IMG/VR virus record: IMGVR_UViG_3300029288_000149
Coordinates: 11,317 to 75,316 of that record
Length of the DNA: 64,000 bases
Origin: a virus
Lineage: Duplodnaviria; Caudoviricetes
Strand: one strand, 5' to 3'
Shown here: piece by piece, positions 1-9,831 of the stretch
How the letters are laid out: each line of letters starts with the position of its first letter
Position numbering within the stretch: position 1 is the first letter of the stretch
The notes under the pieces: generated by a model
The model's database searches: none
The model's input: the letters and a program-made list of their open reading frames with translations, nothing else
What the model was told of the DNA's origin: nothing
Position numbers and translations under genes: made by a program

Positions 1-1090
1 AGTCTTTTGCTGAGTAAGGCAATAAGATTTTCAAAGGCATCTTCGCGTACGTACCTTTACGTTTAGCATCAGCTTCTGGATGTTCACGAGCATATTCATC
101 CATCTCACTCTCATGATCATACCAGCCTAAGTAAGTAGCAGACAATCGTTTCAAACCGTGCTTACCTGGTGCTGGATCAATAAGAGAACTGAGTAACATT
201 GTGTCATCACAAGCTCTGTACATTTTACCAAATTGTGCTCTTGTGTGAAGTAAGTCAAATTTTATGTTCTGTCCCTCTAACTTACCGTCATGTTCGTCCA
301 ATATCTCACATATTATCTTTTCAACTCTTACTAAATCCGAGCCTTTCCAGTATGATTCCGGATGTCTAGTCGGAAGACTGAACATCTTATTACCAGCTGC
401 GAATGACACAGCTAACATAAAATTGCTCTTGGAATATGGATCTAATGAGGATGTCTCAACATCGTACGCTATCTTCTCATATTTTGATAAATACTCTTGC
501 ATGTCCTGTACTTGTGCTATCGTATTCGGTAATACAATCTGTAATGACGAACCAACTTCTTCCTCAAACACACCTTCAAGAGCATCACAAGCCTTCAGTA
601 AACTTTCCAACCATTCGTCAGTAGCTGTCTTATTACGTAATATGTAAGCTGGGTGGTAAACAGGTACATAAATCCTGCCATTCTTCTCTATGATGTTACC
701 ACTCCAATCCTTTATGCCATTCTCACCTAAGATACCTTGCAAGGCACTATTCCCGGTAACAATAACCATTTCCGGATTGTAAGTTTCTATGTCTTCGAGT
801 GCAAATTGACTGCAATAATTTATGGCAGTCTGAGTTATTTTGTTATTAGGAGGTCTACACCGAACGACGTTGGTAAATCTCATGTCGTCTAGGTTGAACC
901 CAACTTCTGACAAGACATTCCTGAATAATTCACCTGCAGTACCTACGAAAGGTTCGTTTCTTTTGTCTTCAGTTTCTCCTGGTGCTTCACCGATTACCAA
1001 CACACGTGGAGAAACTGAACCTGAAGAGTCCATAAAGGGATTCTTGCAAGTTTCGTGTAATTTACACTTAAGACAGATTTCACCTTTCAT
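1..1090 (-). CDS. DNA polymerase (family A, SPO1-like), N-terminal part: family-4 uracil-DNA glycosylase domain + 3'-5' exonuclease domain; runs off window
   Basis: Not in the ORF track because it has no stop in the window. Manual translation from ATG at 1090 (overlaps the upstream TAA): MKGEICLKCKLHETC..VLVIGEAPGETED..PFVGTAG..TNVVRCRPP..YHPAY (UDG family 4), then YDVETSSL..GQNIKFDL..DTMLL..YSAKD (Exo I/II/III). Confidence 0.9.
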   Translation of the reverse strand, partial: MKGEICLKCKLHETCKNPFMDSSGSVSPRVLVIGEAPGETEDKRNEPFVGTAGELFRNVLSEVGFNLDDMRFTNVVRCRPPNNKITQTAINYCSQFALEDIETYNPEMVIVTGNSALQGILGENGIKDWSGNIIEKNGRIYVPVYHPAYILRNKTATDEWLESLLKACDALEGVFEEEVGSSLQIVLPNTIAQVQDMQEYLSKYEKIAYDVETSSLDPYSKSNFMLAVSFAAGNKMFSLPTRHPESYWKGSDLVRVEKIICEILDEHDGKLEGQNIKFDLLHTRAQFGKMYRACDDTMLLSSLIDPAPGKHGLKRLSATYLGWYDHESEMDEYAREHPEADAKRKGTYAKMPLKILLPYSAKD

Positions 1091-1512
1091 TAGAGTTTAT
1101 CTGTAATATCAGGTTGTGGATCATGTCCCTCATTGACATCAGGAAGACTTTGGATAATCAATTCTTCAGGGACAAGATTCGAATCTCCCAAGTCAGGATT
1201 ATTCCTCAACTTCAACAGAGCAAGAAGACCATATCCAACAATATCCTGTAAAGTGTCTACGATGTTCTCGCTTGCTACCATAGCCTGTGCACCACCAGAC
1301 AAGGTTTTGACACGCAGAATTTTATCATTTATTCTGATCAGAGGTGTGAAGATGCCGTATCTCTGCCAAGCATCACCATAATCAGCATTCTTTGCTAACA
1401 ACACCTTGACAATTTCTCGAGTGTCAATGTGTGATCTCTTTGTGAATGCTTCAACAGCCTCTTCTGAGACCTGATCCAGACTAACCTTTGTTACGTTCAC
1501 CATATTGTCCAT
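1090..1512 (-). CDS. Nucleotide-modification-associated domain 1 (DUF1599/Nmad1-like) protein
   Basis: KNADYGDAW..LIRINDKILR..DTLQDIVGYGLL motif; start reassigned to MDNM behind GGAGG RBS. Confidence 0.7.
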   Translation of the reverse strand: MDNMVNVTKVSLDQVSEEAVEAFTKRSHIDTREIVKVLLAKNADYGDAWQRYGIFTPLIRINDKILRVKTLSGGAQAMVASENIVDTLQDIVGYGLLALLKLRNNPDLGDSNLVPEELIIQSLPDVNEGHDPQPDITDKL

Positions 1513-1550
1513 CTTTACCTCCGATGATAATTTCTGCTTAATACAACTTG

Positions 1551-1796
1551 TCAACGGTCATGTTCAATTGCCGGAAATAACATTATTGTATGTCTTTGAT
1601 GACCAGTAGACTTTGCTTTACACACGATTCCCGGTATATCAATGACACCATCTTCTATTCTGTATTCAATTCGTGTTGGCATATAGCCATACTTTCTTTT
1701 GAAGTACTCAACACCTTCCTCAGCAAATTTTTGGAAAGTTTGCTTTGGATGTGGAGATCCCCACATCAAACCTATATTATCACTTGCTGGGTACAT
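1551..1796 (-). CDS. hypothetical protein
   Basis: 81-aa ORF overlapping both neighbours in operon style. Confidence 0.6.
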   Translation of the reverse strand: MYPASDNIGLMWGSPHPKQTFQKFAEEGVEYFKRKYGYMPTRIEYRIEDGVIDIPGIVCKAKSTGHQRHTIMLFPAIEHDR

Positions 1797-2670
1797 ATCT
1801 CATTCTAGGCTTGCCTTCCCCCAACCTTGTGCGCTCATACTTGTCAAATTCACACAAGGTGTGTTCGATGTCACGCAATTCTAATTGTGGAAATTGGTCA
1901 GGCAAATAGTCCTTACTCATAAGTAATAAATTCTTCATACAATCTAGGCTATAATCGTCAGACACAATCCTGTCTAATAATCTCCCATAGAAGATGCGCA
2001 TAATTCCACGTTTAGCACCATTACCTGGATTTGCCCAAGTATAAATATCACTAGCGTTCTTAAGATAACGTGTGTGCCTAAGGTCTGTAACAATCTCATA
2101 AGCAAGGAATCTACCAATAGCAGGTATTTTACCAATTACCAATCGTTCAAATGCTGTTTGCAAATTATCATAACTTTTAGGTTCTAATTCCCTGCGATTG
2201 TCCCACAAGAACCTCCAAGTCTTGTCAGTATACATTTCTATCTTGTCTGAACCACCAACTCCTGATAACATGTGAGCACCAGTAAAGATAGGTTTACCAA
2301 GCATTTTTCTGTGATTCAAAGTCAGCTTAACACGTTCGGAGACGTATTCTGTTATAAATCGCAAACCAGTATAACTTTGTTCTACCTCGTAAATATCTTC
2401 CCAAGATTCCAAACGATTTATTGATCTGTAAGCAGCTATATTGAAGAATAATTCAGGATGATTTGCAAACGGTTCAATAATATGTTCTCTACACCAAACA
2501 GTCCCTGTGTCTAATTCCCTGAAGACATTACAGAATTTGTATCTCCGTAGAATAGGATCATCTGTCCAAGGGAATGGTAATCCAGCTACCTTACTGAGAT
2601 AAATAGTATGACGCTCCAACATAAATTTGAAGAATCTTGACACAGAGGATGGTGTATCTTGACTAAGCAT
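1780..2670 (-). CDS. aGPT-Pplase1 / 5-hmdU DNA kinase helical-domain family protein (HhH-glycosylase-like)
   Basis: FFKFMLERH..PWTDDPILRRYKFCNVFRELD signature; HhH-like IPAIGRFLAYEIVTDL; IEHTLCEFDKY. No Walker A seen. Confidence 0.8.
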   Translation of the reverse strand: MLSQDTPSSVSRFFKFMLERHTIYLSKVAGLPFPWTDDPILRRYKFCNVFRELDTGTVWCREHIIEPFANHPELFFNIAAYRSINRLESWEDIYEVEQSYTGLRFITEYVSERVKLTLNHRKMLGKPIFTGAHMLSGVGGSDKIEMYTDKTWRFLWDNRRELEPKSYDNLQTAFERLVIGKIPAIGRFLAYEIVTDLRHTRYLKNASDIYTWANPGNGAKRGIMRIFYGRLLDRIVSDDYSLDCMKNLLLMSKDYLPDQFPQLELRDIEHTLCEFDKYERTRLGEGKPRMRYVPSK

Positions 2671-3850
2671 ACAACACCTCACTCATCAAAGACTGCCACG
2701 TAGGTAATAAACTACGTTGGTATTTAACAACTTCATTGAATTTATCTTGAGATGCTGTGTATGTGTCCAATAATCTGCAAACATCTTCAACTTTGTGAAC
2801 AATAAACTCACTACCAACCATACGGTCTGCACCAGCAATCATATTATCACACATCGCAAGGCAGCCTGATTGAATAACCTGTGGAACTCTTGTTACCTCA
2901 GTACCATTAATAGCTAAATCCTTGCTTACACATATCACACAGGCTAGTCCTTTCTCGTAATGAGACTGAACATTGCCGTGATGCTTGTCTGCTCCAGGTA
3001 TCGTTATATTGTCTTTATATCTCCACCTCAGAGTATCCCATTCTTTACCAACTACAAGCGAGGTATACTCGTCTGTGTCATAGAATCTCTGAACACGTTC
3101 ACCTCTGAATGCTGTACCAACCTTACCGACGAATACAAGATCGAATAGAGCATCCTTTATACTTCTAGGTTCAAACCTCTTGTCATAACGAGGAGAATAT
3201 CCAAGACGTGTATTGACAGTACGATAGAATTTCAAATCAGATAATTTGTAATTCGATGAATTCTTTATGACATGTTGTGAACTCGCTGCGAATGTCCAAA
3301 GAATCCACTTATGATCCCTGTAATCGAATCCTTTGAAAATGTTATGCATATTGTTAGGACTGACAGACTTAAGATAGTCTTCACCATACTTGTTAGGATC
3401 AGACTGCATTCTACCTAATGGTAATTCTAGGCTATTTGGACCGTGCTGTATGATTACAATCGGAATACCCTTAGACTTCTCGAGAATATTCGCAAATTGT
3501 TTGAAGTGTGGAGTAAGTCCTCCCCAAAATTCAGTAACAATTCCACTATTGTACGAGTACATAGCATTTGCAGCAGCTGGTTCTACGAATATGTAATCAA
3601 ACTTATCCATGTCAGGATTGAGATCATACTTCAACATAGTCATCCATTTGTTGTCAAAATTTCCAAGACTTTCACCACGCAAAGCGTGTCTGTGTTTGTC
3701 AGGAACGTAAGAAGTTATAGTAACCTGATGACCTTCTTCTATCAATCCTTCCAACACACCAAGTCTGATATCTGTACCTAACATATTTACGGATGCAATC
3801 TCGTAATCCAATTCGGTAGGTTGATTGGAACGCATATACGCAATTTTCAC
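2663..3850 (-). CDS. GT-B glycosyltransferase resembling T4 beta-glucosyltransferase (DNA glycosyltransferase candidate)
   Basis: C-terminal FDLVFVGK..FRGERV..YEKGLACVI..TRVPQVIQSGCLAMCD pattern parallels BGT; lies in the base-modification cluster. Confidence 0.6.
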   Translation of the reverse strand: MKIAYMRSNQPTELDYEIASVNMLGTDIRLGVLEGLIEEGHQVTITSYVPDKHRHALRGESLGNFDNKWMTMLKYDLNPDMDKFDYIFVEPAAANAMYSYNSGIVTEFWGGLTPHFKQFANILEKSKGIPIVIIQHGPNSLELPLGRMQSDPNKYGEDYLKSVSPNNMHNIFKGFDYRDHKWILWTFAASSQHVIKNSSNYKLSDLKFYRTVNTRLGYSPRYDKRFEPRSIKDALFDLVFVGKVGTAFRGERVQRFYDTDEYTSLVVGKEWDTLRWRYKDNITIPGADKHHGNVQSHYEKGLACVICVSKDLAINGTEVTRVPQVIQSGCLAMCDNMIAGADRMVGSEFIVHKVEDVCRLLDTYTASQDKFNEVVKYQRSLLPTWQSLMSEVLYA

Positions 3851-3851
3851 A

Positions 3852-4604
3852 TTAACCTCGTATCTTTGCTCTAGCAGTCCGTTTCATGTACTCAGGCTTG
3901 TACTTCTCAATATTCTCAGCCTTACGCACAGCCTCAGCCATATTCATAACATCCAACCGTTCGTTGGTCTCACTACGTCTCCAGACTACACCAAGTTTAT
4001 CAGCATATGCTTTCTTCTCAGTGTATGTCATCTTACCCCACTTCTCAACCCACTCTGTAAATTCTGGATTAAGGACTTCGATCCAATATTGTTTACCAGT
4101 AATGCCTTTCTTCAAATATCGAAATCCTGTCTTTGAGACAATAATATCATTCGGTATGATAGACACCTGATAAGAATTCAGTCCATCACACTTAATCATA
4201 ATGGCTTCACCAGAACGCATTGCCTTCATGATGTCTTCTACAGGATTTGTCCCAGTCTTCTTACCTTTGAACTTCTTCTCAACCTTCACAGGTTCAGTCT
4301 CTGTAAAAGACTCTTCTTCTGAAGGTTCTTCTTCAGAAGAAATTACTTTTACCTTTGAAGGTTTGCTGAACCTGACTGTATTGTGTGGTATTCTACGTGT
4401 AGTAGGTTCTTCAAGTTTAGCTACTTCTTCAATAGGCGTATCATCATACTCTTCAACACCCTCGGCTTCAAGAGCTTCTTCCAACTGTGCCTGAGCCTGT
4501 TCACCACCAAATACAGCAGACGGTGGTGGTAATAATTCAGCTGGTAACGTACCTCTTGTGATCAATCTTCTACGTACGTTAGGATTCTTTATTATTGGTG
4601 TCAT
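3852..4604 (-). CDS. hypothetical protein (acidic low-complexity N-half)
   Basis: 250-aa ORF with RBS, operon-coupled. Confidence 0.7.
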   Translation of the reverse strand: MTPIIKNPNVRRRLITRGTLPAELLPPPSAVFGGEQAQAQLEEALEAEGVEEYDDTPIEEVAKLEEPTTRRIPHNTVRFSKPSKVKVISSEEEPSEEESFTETEPVKVEKKFKGKKTGTNPVEDIMKAMRSGEAIMIKCDGLNSYQVSIIPNDIIVSKTGFRYLKKGITGKQYWIEVLNPEFTEWVEKWGKMTYTEKKAYADKLGVVWRRSETNERLDVMNMAEAVRKAENIEKYKPEYMKRTARAKIRG

Positions 4605-5089
4605 TTACTTAACTCCTCACATTTCACACACTCAAGACATATCGCACATTCTGGTGCTGTGCTTGAGTATTCTTTACCATAACAGGGAGGCTTAATTTGT
4701 TCGTGCTTTACCAAACAAGATTCAACAACCTTACACCTGTTACAGGCTGGATCTTTCAAGTCTGCAAAACCATAACAGTCGGGATAATCTATCTCGCTGT
4801 CGCTTGCAACTTCCTTTGCGGTTTCCTCGACAGCTTCTGTGTCGATCAATTCTCCAGTAGCATCTGTTATCTTTGCTGTCATAAGAAACTTTCTCAATAA
4901 TTTTGAGCAGTCTCCCCACTCAGGCACACCATTGTCATCGAAGTCTTTGACAATCAAGTCGACAACTTGTGAGTACCGTGTTGCCATCTCAACTTCTTCC
5001 ATATTAAGTTCGATAACAATATCCAGCAAATCCTTCTTGGTAAGTGCTTCTTGTATTGCATCCTTCTCAGTATCATCCAAAATTGTCAT
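4601..5089 (-). CDS. hypothetical protein with two tandem Cys4 modules
   Basis: CYGFADLKDPACNRCKVVESC and CYGKEYSSTAPECAICLECVKC. Confidence 0.7.
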   Translation of the reverse strand: MTILDDTEKDAIQEALTKKDLLDIVIELNMEEVEMATRYSQVVDLIVKDFDDNGVPEWGDCSKLLRKFLMTAKITDATGELIDTEAVEETAKEVASDSEIDYPDCYGFADLKDPACNRCKVVESCLVKHEQIKPPCYGKEYSSTAPECAICLECVKCEELSK

Positions 5090-5675
5090 CGCTCATCACC
5101 TCAGCATATATGGTCTTAATTTCTCGTATTCCAGCTGCTGCATCTTGCAGTGTAATACCGACAATACTTGCAATATCCTCGATACGCATACGATTATAAA
5201 CCGTAACCTCTTTATTCGAGGATTGAAAATCCTTTTCAATTATTATTTTCTTGAATATGAGTTTCGCTGCTTCTGACTCTAATGACTCAAATACTTTGAC
5301 AACTCTTTGTGAACTGTCAAACAACTTCTCAGGATTACCCTCATCAGTAGCTACGTCGAGTGCAATCTTAACTTCCAACGAAACTGAAGTCTTCTCGTGT
5401 CTGCGATAAGTTACATAATACCTATATCGCAACTCACTTATCCTGTTGTAACACATACGTTTTATTATGTTGATCATATCCTTTAGTGGATAATTATTAC
5501 CAGCATAATACCCCAAACCTTTAAGAATCTCCTCATGTAATTCTGCAATAATATCATCAGTTGACATCATCACATTATCATCATTTCTGTACAAATTCGC
5601 TAAATACACAACTAAACCTTCCAAACCTTTCATAACGTCTGTTACATATTGCTGGTCGATGCTTGTCAATTTCAT
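5073..5675 (-). CDS. phage sigma-70/ECF-like transcription factor (putative)
   Basis: Region-2-like DDIIAELHEEILK..IKRMCYNRISELRYRY and C-terminal HTH RIEDIASIVGITLQDAAAGIREIK; start reassigned to MKLTS (GGAGG RBS). Confidence 0.55.
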   Translation of the reverse strand: MKLTSIDQQYVTDVMKGLEGLVVYLANLYRNDDNVMMSTDDIIAELHEEILKGLGYYAGNNYPLKDMINIIKRMCYNRISELRYRYYVTYRRHEKTSVSLEVKIALDVATDEGNPEKLFDSSQRVVKVFESLESEAAKLIFKKIIIEKDFQSSNKEVTVYNRMRIEDIASIVGITLQDAAAGIREIKTIYAEVMSDDNFG

Positions 5676-5703
5676 CTGATCCTCCAGTTTATAATACAAC
5701 TTG

Positions 5704-7296
5704 TCATGCTACTAAAATCAATTGGTCTAGGCTGCGTGTGTAAGCCACATACTTTATATTATTCTCCTGTGCCTTCTCCCAATCATGCTTCGCATTAGGA
5801 TGAGGCATCAAACCAGGTTCTAGAATGAAAACCTTCTCAGCTTCAAGTCCCTTTGCCTTATGTACAGAAGAGAATACTACACCTGCATTGTTGTCAGAGA
5901 AGATGGTTTCAATCTTGTCCTCCAATTCAGATATTGTACCAGTCCCATCCATAAGAGCATGAATGGTATCAACTTTGTCCTGTAAACTTTGAGCAGCTAT
6001 ATTCTTATCTCTGTCCACCAGTTTACCAACTTCTTTACGGCAATATTCTACTAATTTTATGTTGAGTTCGGAGATGGAATCTGCCTTAAGTTTACGTATT
6101 ATGGTCATAAGATTGTTACCAATATCACGACCACGTATAATAGCCTTGATACCTCTCTTTATGAGTTCAAATGCTGGAGGTACAAGAGGTGCATTACATC
6201 TACACAAGACCATGTTACCTGCTACTACTTCCTTCAAGAAATCACTTTTAGCAATATGTCTGATTTCACCGTCTTTAGCAGTGTCTGCGCATTCGAGTGG
6301 TATGTCAGGAAACATTTCGTTGATCAACCTAACTTGTGATCTTGGACAACGATATGTTATTGAAAGTGGTAAAGTTTCAGCCTCCAAATTCTCAATTAGA
6401 TTGGGAATTGCATTGACATCAGCTCCACGAAAACCATAGATAGATTGGTAACGGTCACCTACGGCTACTATCCTGCCATTAGGTTTCACACTCATAAGAG
6501 CTAAAGCAATCTGGTTCTTGTTAGTGTCTTGTGCCTCATCGATAAAAATAAAATCATACTTACGTGTCGGTAAGTTGTGGAATACAGGAAGCCAGCACAT
6601 ATCATCGAAATCAATCACATTGGTCTTCAAGGCTGCTAACTTTATCACCTCAGCAACAGCTAAGAAGATTAGTTCACGGTCACCATTCAGTTCTATGTTA
6701 TAATGTGTTGACAAGTCATCAAGCTCCTCTGGTGAAGTTCCGGTTAAATTACCCTTTACCAAAGAGACAAGATGTTTGATGCTAGCAAACAGATGCTTAT
6801 GTGTGTACCTATCAAGTATGTCATCCAACAAATTATCCACCTTGTACTCGTCAAGTTTTACGTCTCCATAAGCATTGTGTACTGCTGAGTTACCCAGACC
6901 GTGATAAGTCATAACCCTTACGTTTGACGGTACTCTGGTTTTCAATTCCTCAGCTATGTGTCTATTGAAGGCAACATAAACGATATCCAGATTACGTGGG
7001 ACATATTTCAGCATCTGCACACCAGTAGTTGTTTTACCACTTCCTGCTAGTGCCTCTACGACAAGAGACTTACCGTTACCTTTTACCCAATCAAATATAG
7101 CTTGCTGGTAAAGTGACGGTTTGAATTCCTTCTCAACTTCTACTTTCCTGTCGGAAATTATTTGTGAGGCTTGTCCCATTGGCATAGTTGCCTTACAATC
7201 AGGAAATCTTGAACAACCTAAGAATTTACCTCTGTCTGACTTTCTTACTCTGATAACCATTAGGCTTCCACATTGCGGACAATTAATGGCTGTCAT
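5704..7296 (-). CDS. UvrD/Rep-like SF1 helicase with N-terminal topoisomerase-type C4 zinc finger
   Basis: CPQCGSLMVIR..GKFLGCSRFPDC; ALAGSGKTT; FIDEAQD; VGDRYQSIYGFRGA; SSVHKAKGLE; YVAYTRS. Confidence 0.9.
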   Translation of the reverse strand: MTAINCPQCGSLMVIRVRKSDRGKFLGCSRFPDCKATMPMGQASQIISDRKVEVEKEFKPSLYQQAIFDWVKGNGKSLVVEALAGSGKTTTGVQMLKYVPRNLDIVYVAFNRHIAEELKTRVPSNVRVMTYHGLGNSAVHNAYGDVKLDEYKVDNLLDDILDRYTHKHLFASIKHLVSLVKGNLTGTSPEELDDLSTHYNIELNGDRELIFLAVAEVIKLAALKTNVIDFDDMCWLPVFHNLPTRKYDFIFIDEAQDTNKNQIALALMSVKPNGRIVAVGDRYQSIYGFRGADVNAIPNLIENLEAETLPLSITYRCPRSQVRLINEMFPDIPLECADTAKDGEIRHIAKSDFLKEVVAGNMVLCRCNAPLVPPAFELIKRGIKAIIRGRDIGNNLMTIIRKLKADSISELNIKLVEYCRKEVGKLVDRDKNIAAQSLQDKVDTIHALMDGTGTISELEDKIETIFSDNNAGVVFSSVHKAKGLEAEKVFILEPGLMPHPNAKHDWEKAQENNIKYVAYTRSLDQLILVA

Positions 7297-7523
7297 TTTG
7301 ACCCCAAATTTCTGTTTATTCTCTCCAACATGTATTCACACTTACCAAGACTAGACTGTATGTTGACAATTCTTCTATGGTCAGACTCGTTGAAGTAAAA
7401 TACAGACTTTGTTTGGAGTTCATGAAGCTCTGAATTCAATTTCTCCATGGTGTGAAGAACCATTTCTTTTCTTTGTTCCCAAATTGTTGTGTTGTTCTTT
7501 TGTGTCTTAATTACGTTTGTCAT
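7293..7523 (-). CDS. hypothetical protein (probable early gene)
   Basis: ATG at 7523 behind AGGAGG, directly downstream of a sigma70-like promoter. Confidence 0.65.
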   Translation of the reverse strand: MTNVIKTQKNNTTIWEQRKEMVLHTMEKLNSELHELQTKSVFYFNESDHRRIVNIQSSLGKCEYMLERINRNLGSK

Positions 7524-7559
7524 TTGATCCTCCTGTTGAATATAACTTGTCATAACATT

Positions 7560-7588
7560 ATTATACACCCATTTTCTGTAAAAGTAAA
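7560..7588 (-). promoter_or_regulatory. sigma70-like promoter (TTTACT-N17-TATAAT)
   Basis: Read on the minus strand; near-identical cassette at 46716-46745 and a related one at 42092-42119. Confidence 0.8.
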
Positions 7589-7649
7589 TGGTTTGTCACG
7601 GTTTTATCGTCCTAAATCCACGTGTTAATCGTGCCATAACTAATATACG

Positions 7650-8561
7650 TTACAACATCATTTTTAGTTTCGAACCAAAGGAGTAAGGTAATTCCTCATA
7701 AACACCACCATCAGCAGGATCACGCTCGTCTTTAAATTTCCACAACTTGACAGACTTACCACCCTTGTACAGACTGTCAGCAACAGACACAGCGAATTTA
7801 CCTGCACCATAATCGAGTGCTATAATAAAGTCCTTTACAGGAGACTCCAGGAGCCTCTGTAGTTTCTCATAAGGTAATTCCTTACCTATTAACGCTACAG
7901 CATTCCTACCGACCGCCATAGCACTGAATGCACCCTCACAAATAACAACCTCGTCGTACAATTCCAAAGCTGCTGAGTTAAATAAGTAATATCTAGCTTC
8001 GGACTTAGGATTTAAGTACTTAGGCTCCAACCAACTGGGTATAGCTCTTGCTTGATAATAACCATCTTCAATTGGTATAACTGCTCTCATAGGCAAAGTC
8101 GCGATACAAATACCTATATTGTAGAATTCCCAATCTTCCTTTGTGAATCCTCTCACTTTCGACATGTACCTAATTGCCTGTCTTGCAGCATGTGAGTCTG
8201 AATCTCCAAGAAGTGTAAAATCTTCAGGAAGTTTCAAATCTTCTTTATTGTGTGTAATCGGCTTCTTCTGTAATTCCTTAATCAACGTGTCTGTTATGTC
8301 ATGTCTTATCTTCGGCACAACATACAATTCACTTAATGCTTTAACATAACTACAACCCAGTACATCCATAACGAACGTTATCCAACTACCTCCATAACCA
8401 CACTTGAAGCAGTGAACAACATTCTTTACTATGCTGACGTGCATATGCAACTTATTGTTTGACACACAGAATGGACAACTTATCTGCAAATCAGTAACAG
8501 GATTACCATAATCCTTGGCTTCTGGATAATTATTGTAAATAAATCTGGTTATGTCAAACAT
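7650..8561 (-). CDS. DNA primase (CHC2 zinc finger + TOPRIM)
   Basis: CPFC..HMHV..HCFKCG; VVICEGAFSAM; FIIALDYG; DPAD. Confidence 0.9.
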   Translation of the reverse strand: MFDITRFIYNNYPEAKDYGNPVTDLQISCPFCVSNNKLHMHVSIVKNVVHCFKCGYGGSWITFVMDVLGCSYVKALSELYVVPKIRHDITDTLIKELQKKPITHNKEDLKLPEDFTLLGDSDSHAARQAIRYMSKVRGFTKEDWEFYNIGICIATLPMRAVIPIEDGYYQARAIPSWLEPKYLNPKSEARYYLFNSAALELYDEVVICEGAFSAMAVGRNAVALIGKELPYEKLQRLLESPVKDFIIALDYGAGKFAVSVADSLYKGGKSVKLWKFKDERDPADGGVYEELPYSFGSKLKMML

Positions 8562-9831
8562 CTGTCTCTTTGTCCTTATTCTTCGACAAACCAGTTGTTA
8601 TGATAGCCTGAGACTTACCATAATATTTCGCATCAAACATCATCTTCTTATTACCATCACGAACCTTTGCCATAAACAGTCTGCAAGCATTCAACTGTTC
8701 TTCATCACGAGTCTGACACAAAGCAACAATTACGTCAGCAATAGCAGCCTTGCCGATATCTTCTGCAATATCTTGGATGGTAATAACTTCCTTTGACAAT
8801 GAACTTCTACCAGATTGTGAAGCACCCCAAACTGGTACATCGTACTTGGTGCCAAGGTCTCTGAATTCCTTGTAAACCTCTGATAACTCAAATCTTCTCT
8901 CAGTATATTTCCTCGTAGAAGCTACCAAATCAGGATAATCGTCTATTATTAGATCAAATTTGAATCCCTCGTCAATAAGTCTCTCAAGTTGAGAATCAAT
9001 TCTGTCAATATTAGAACTGCTCATACCGATAACTTTTATTTTACCAGTGAGGATGTGTGAGGCTGCCTTCTTCAGAGACAGTTCATAATCTTCAAGGTCA
9101 CCATCACGTGATGGAAATTTGAACAGTGTGCGAGCAGCATACCTCTTCGCAGTAATTTCCTGACTCATCTCGTGTGTGAAATGCACAACATTACAATTTG
9201 AACCTATGGAAGCTGCTCCAAAGCCAATATTGATAAGACTCATAGACTTACCTGCATTCATAGGAGCGAGCATTATTCCTAATTCTCCTGCTCCTAAACC
9301 ACCTTCAAGTAAAGAGTCTATATGGTACCAACCAGTTCTAACTTTATGTGTCCATAATTCATACAACCACTTATCAATATCCTTTATCACTTCCAAACCA
9401 GTATTCTGTATACTTTCACCAACACGTAAGGCTTCTTTAATCCTGACTATTGTGTTTTGTAAATTACCTTTAGCAATATCATCAACAGAATCCAAAATTG
9501 CTATCTTAGCAGCCTGTTCTCTTGCCCACTGTAGTGCTTTATCACCTGCTAACCTCTTCTCTTGTGATGGAATTGCATACAAATACTCGAGAAACTCGAC
9601 GTAACCGTCACCTAATAAAGTCGTCAAGTCGTTCATACTTGTAGGACACATCTTGTAATCTGTCCAATATTTTACAATAACTTTTGCAACAGCTTCCTCA
9701 TCGTCCTTCTCAAAGAATTCAGGTCTTATTACAGTTGTACCATATTGACTCATCCAATATCTGTCAAGCATGAGACTTAATATCTTTAATCTGAATTCTC
9801 TATCGAATGGATATATGTCTACTTCCGGCAT
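8554..9831 (-). CDS. replicative DnaB-like (SF4) helicase
   Basis: ELGIMLAPMNAGKS Walker A; IIDDYPDL; VWGASQ; IGKAAIADV; AKVRDG; start reassigned to MPEVD. Confidence 0.9.
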   Translation of the reverse strand: MPEVDIYPFDREFRLKILSLMLDRYWMSQYGTTVIRPEFFEKDDEEAVAKVIVKYWTDYKMCPTSMNDLTTLLGDGYVEFLEYLYAIPSQEKRLAGDKALQWAREQAAKIAILDSVDDIAKGNLQNTIVRIKEALRVGESIQNTGLEVIKDIDKWLYELWTHKVRTGWYHIDSLLEGGLGAGELGIMLAPMNAGKSMSLINIGFGAASIGSNCNVVHFTHEMSQEITAKRYAARTLFKFPSRDGDLEDYELSLKKAASHILTGKIKVIGMSSSNIDRIDSQLERLIDEGFKFDLIIDDYPDLVASTRKYTERRFELSEVYKEFRDLGTKYDVPVWGASQSGRSSLSKEVITIQDIAEDIGKAAIADVIVALCQTRDEEQLNACRLFMAKVRDGNKKMMFDAKYYGKSQAIITTGLSKNKDKETDV

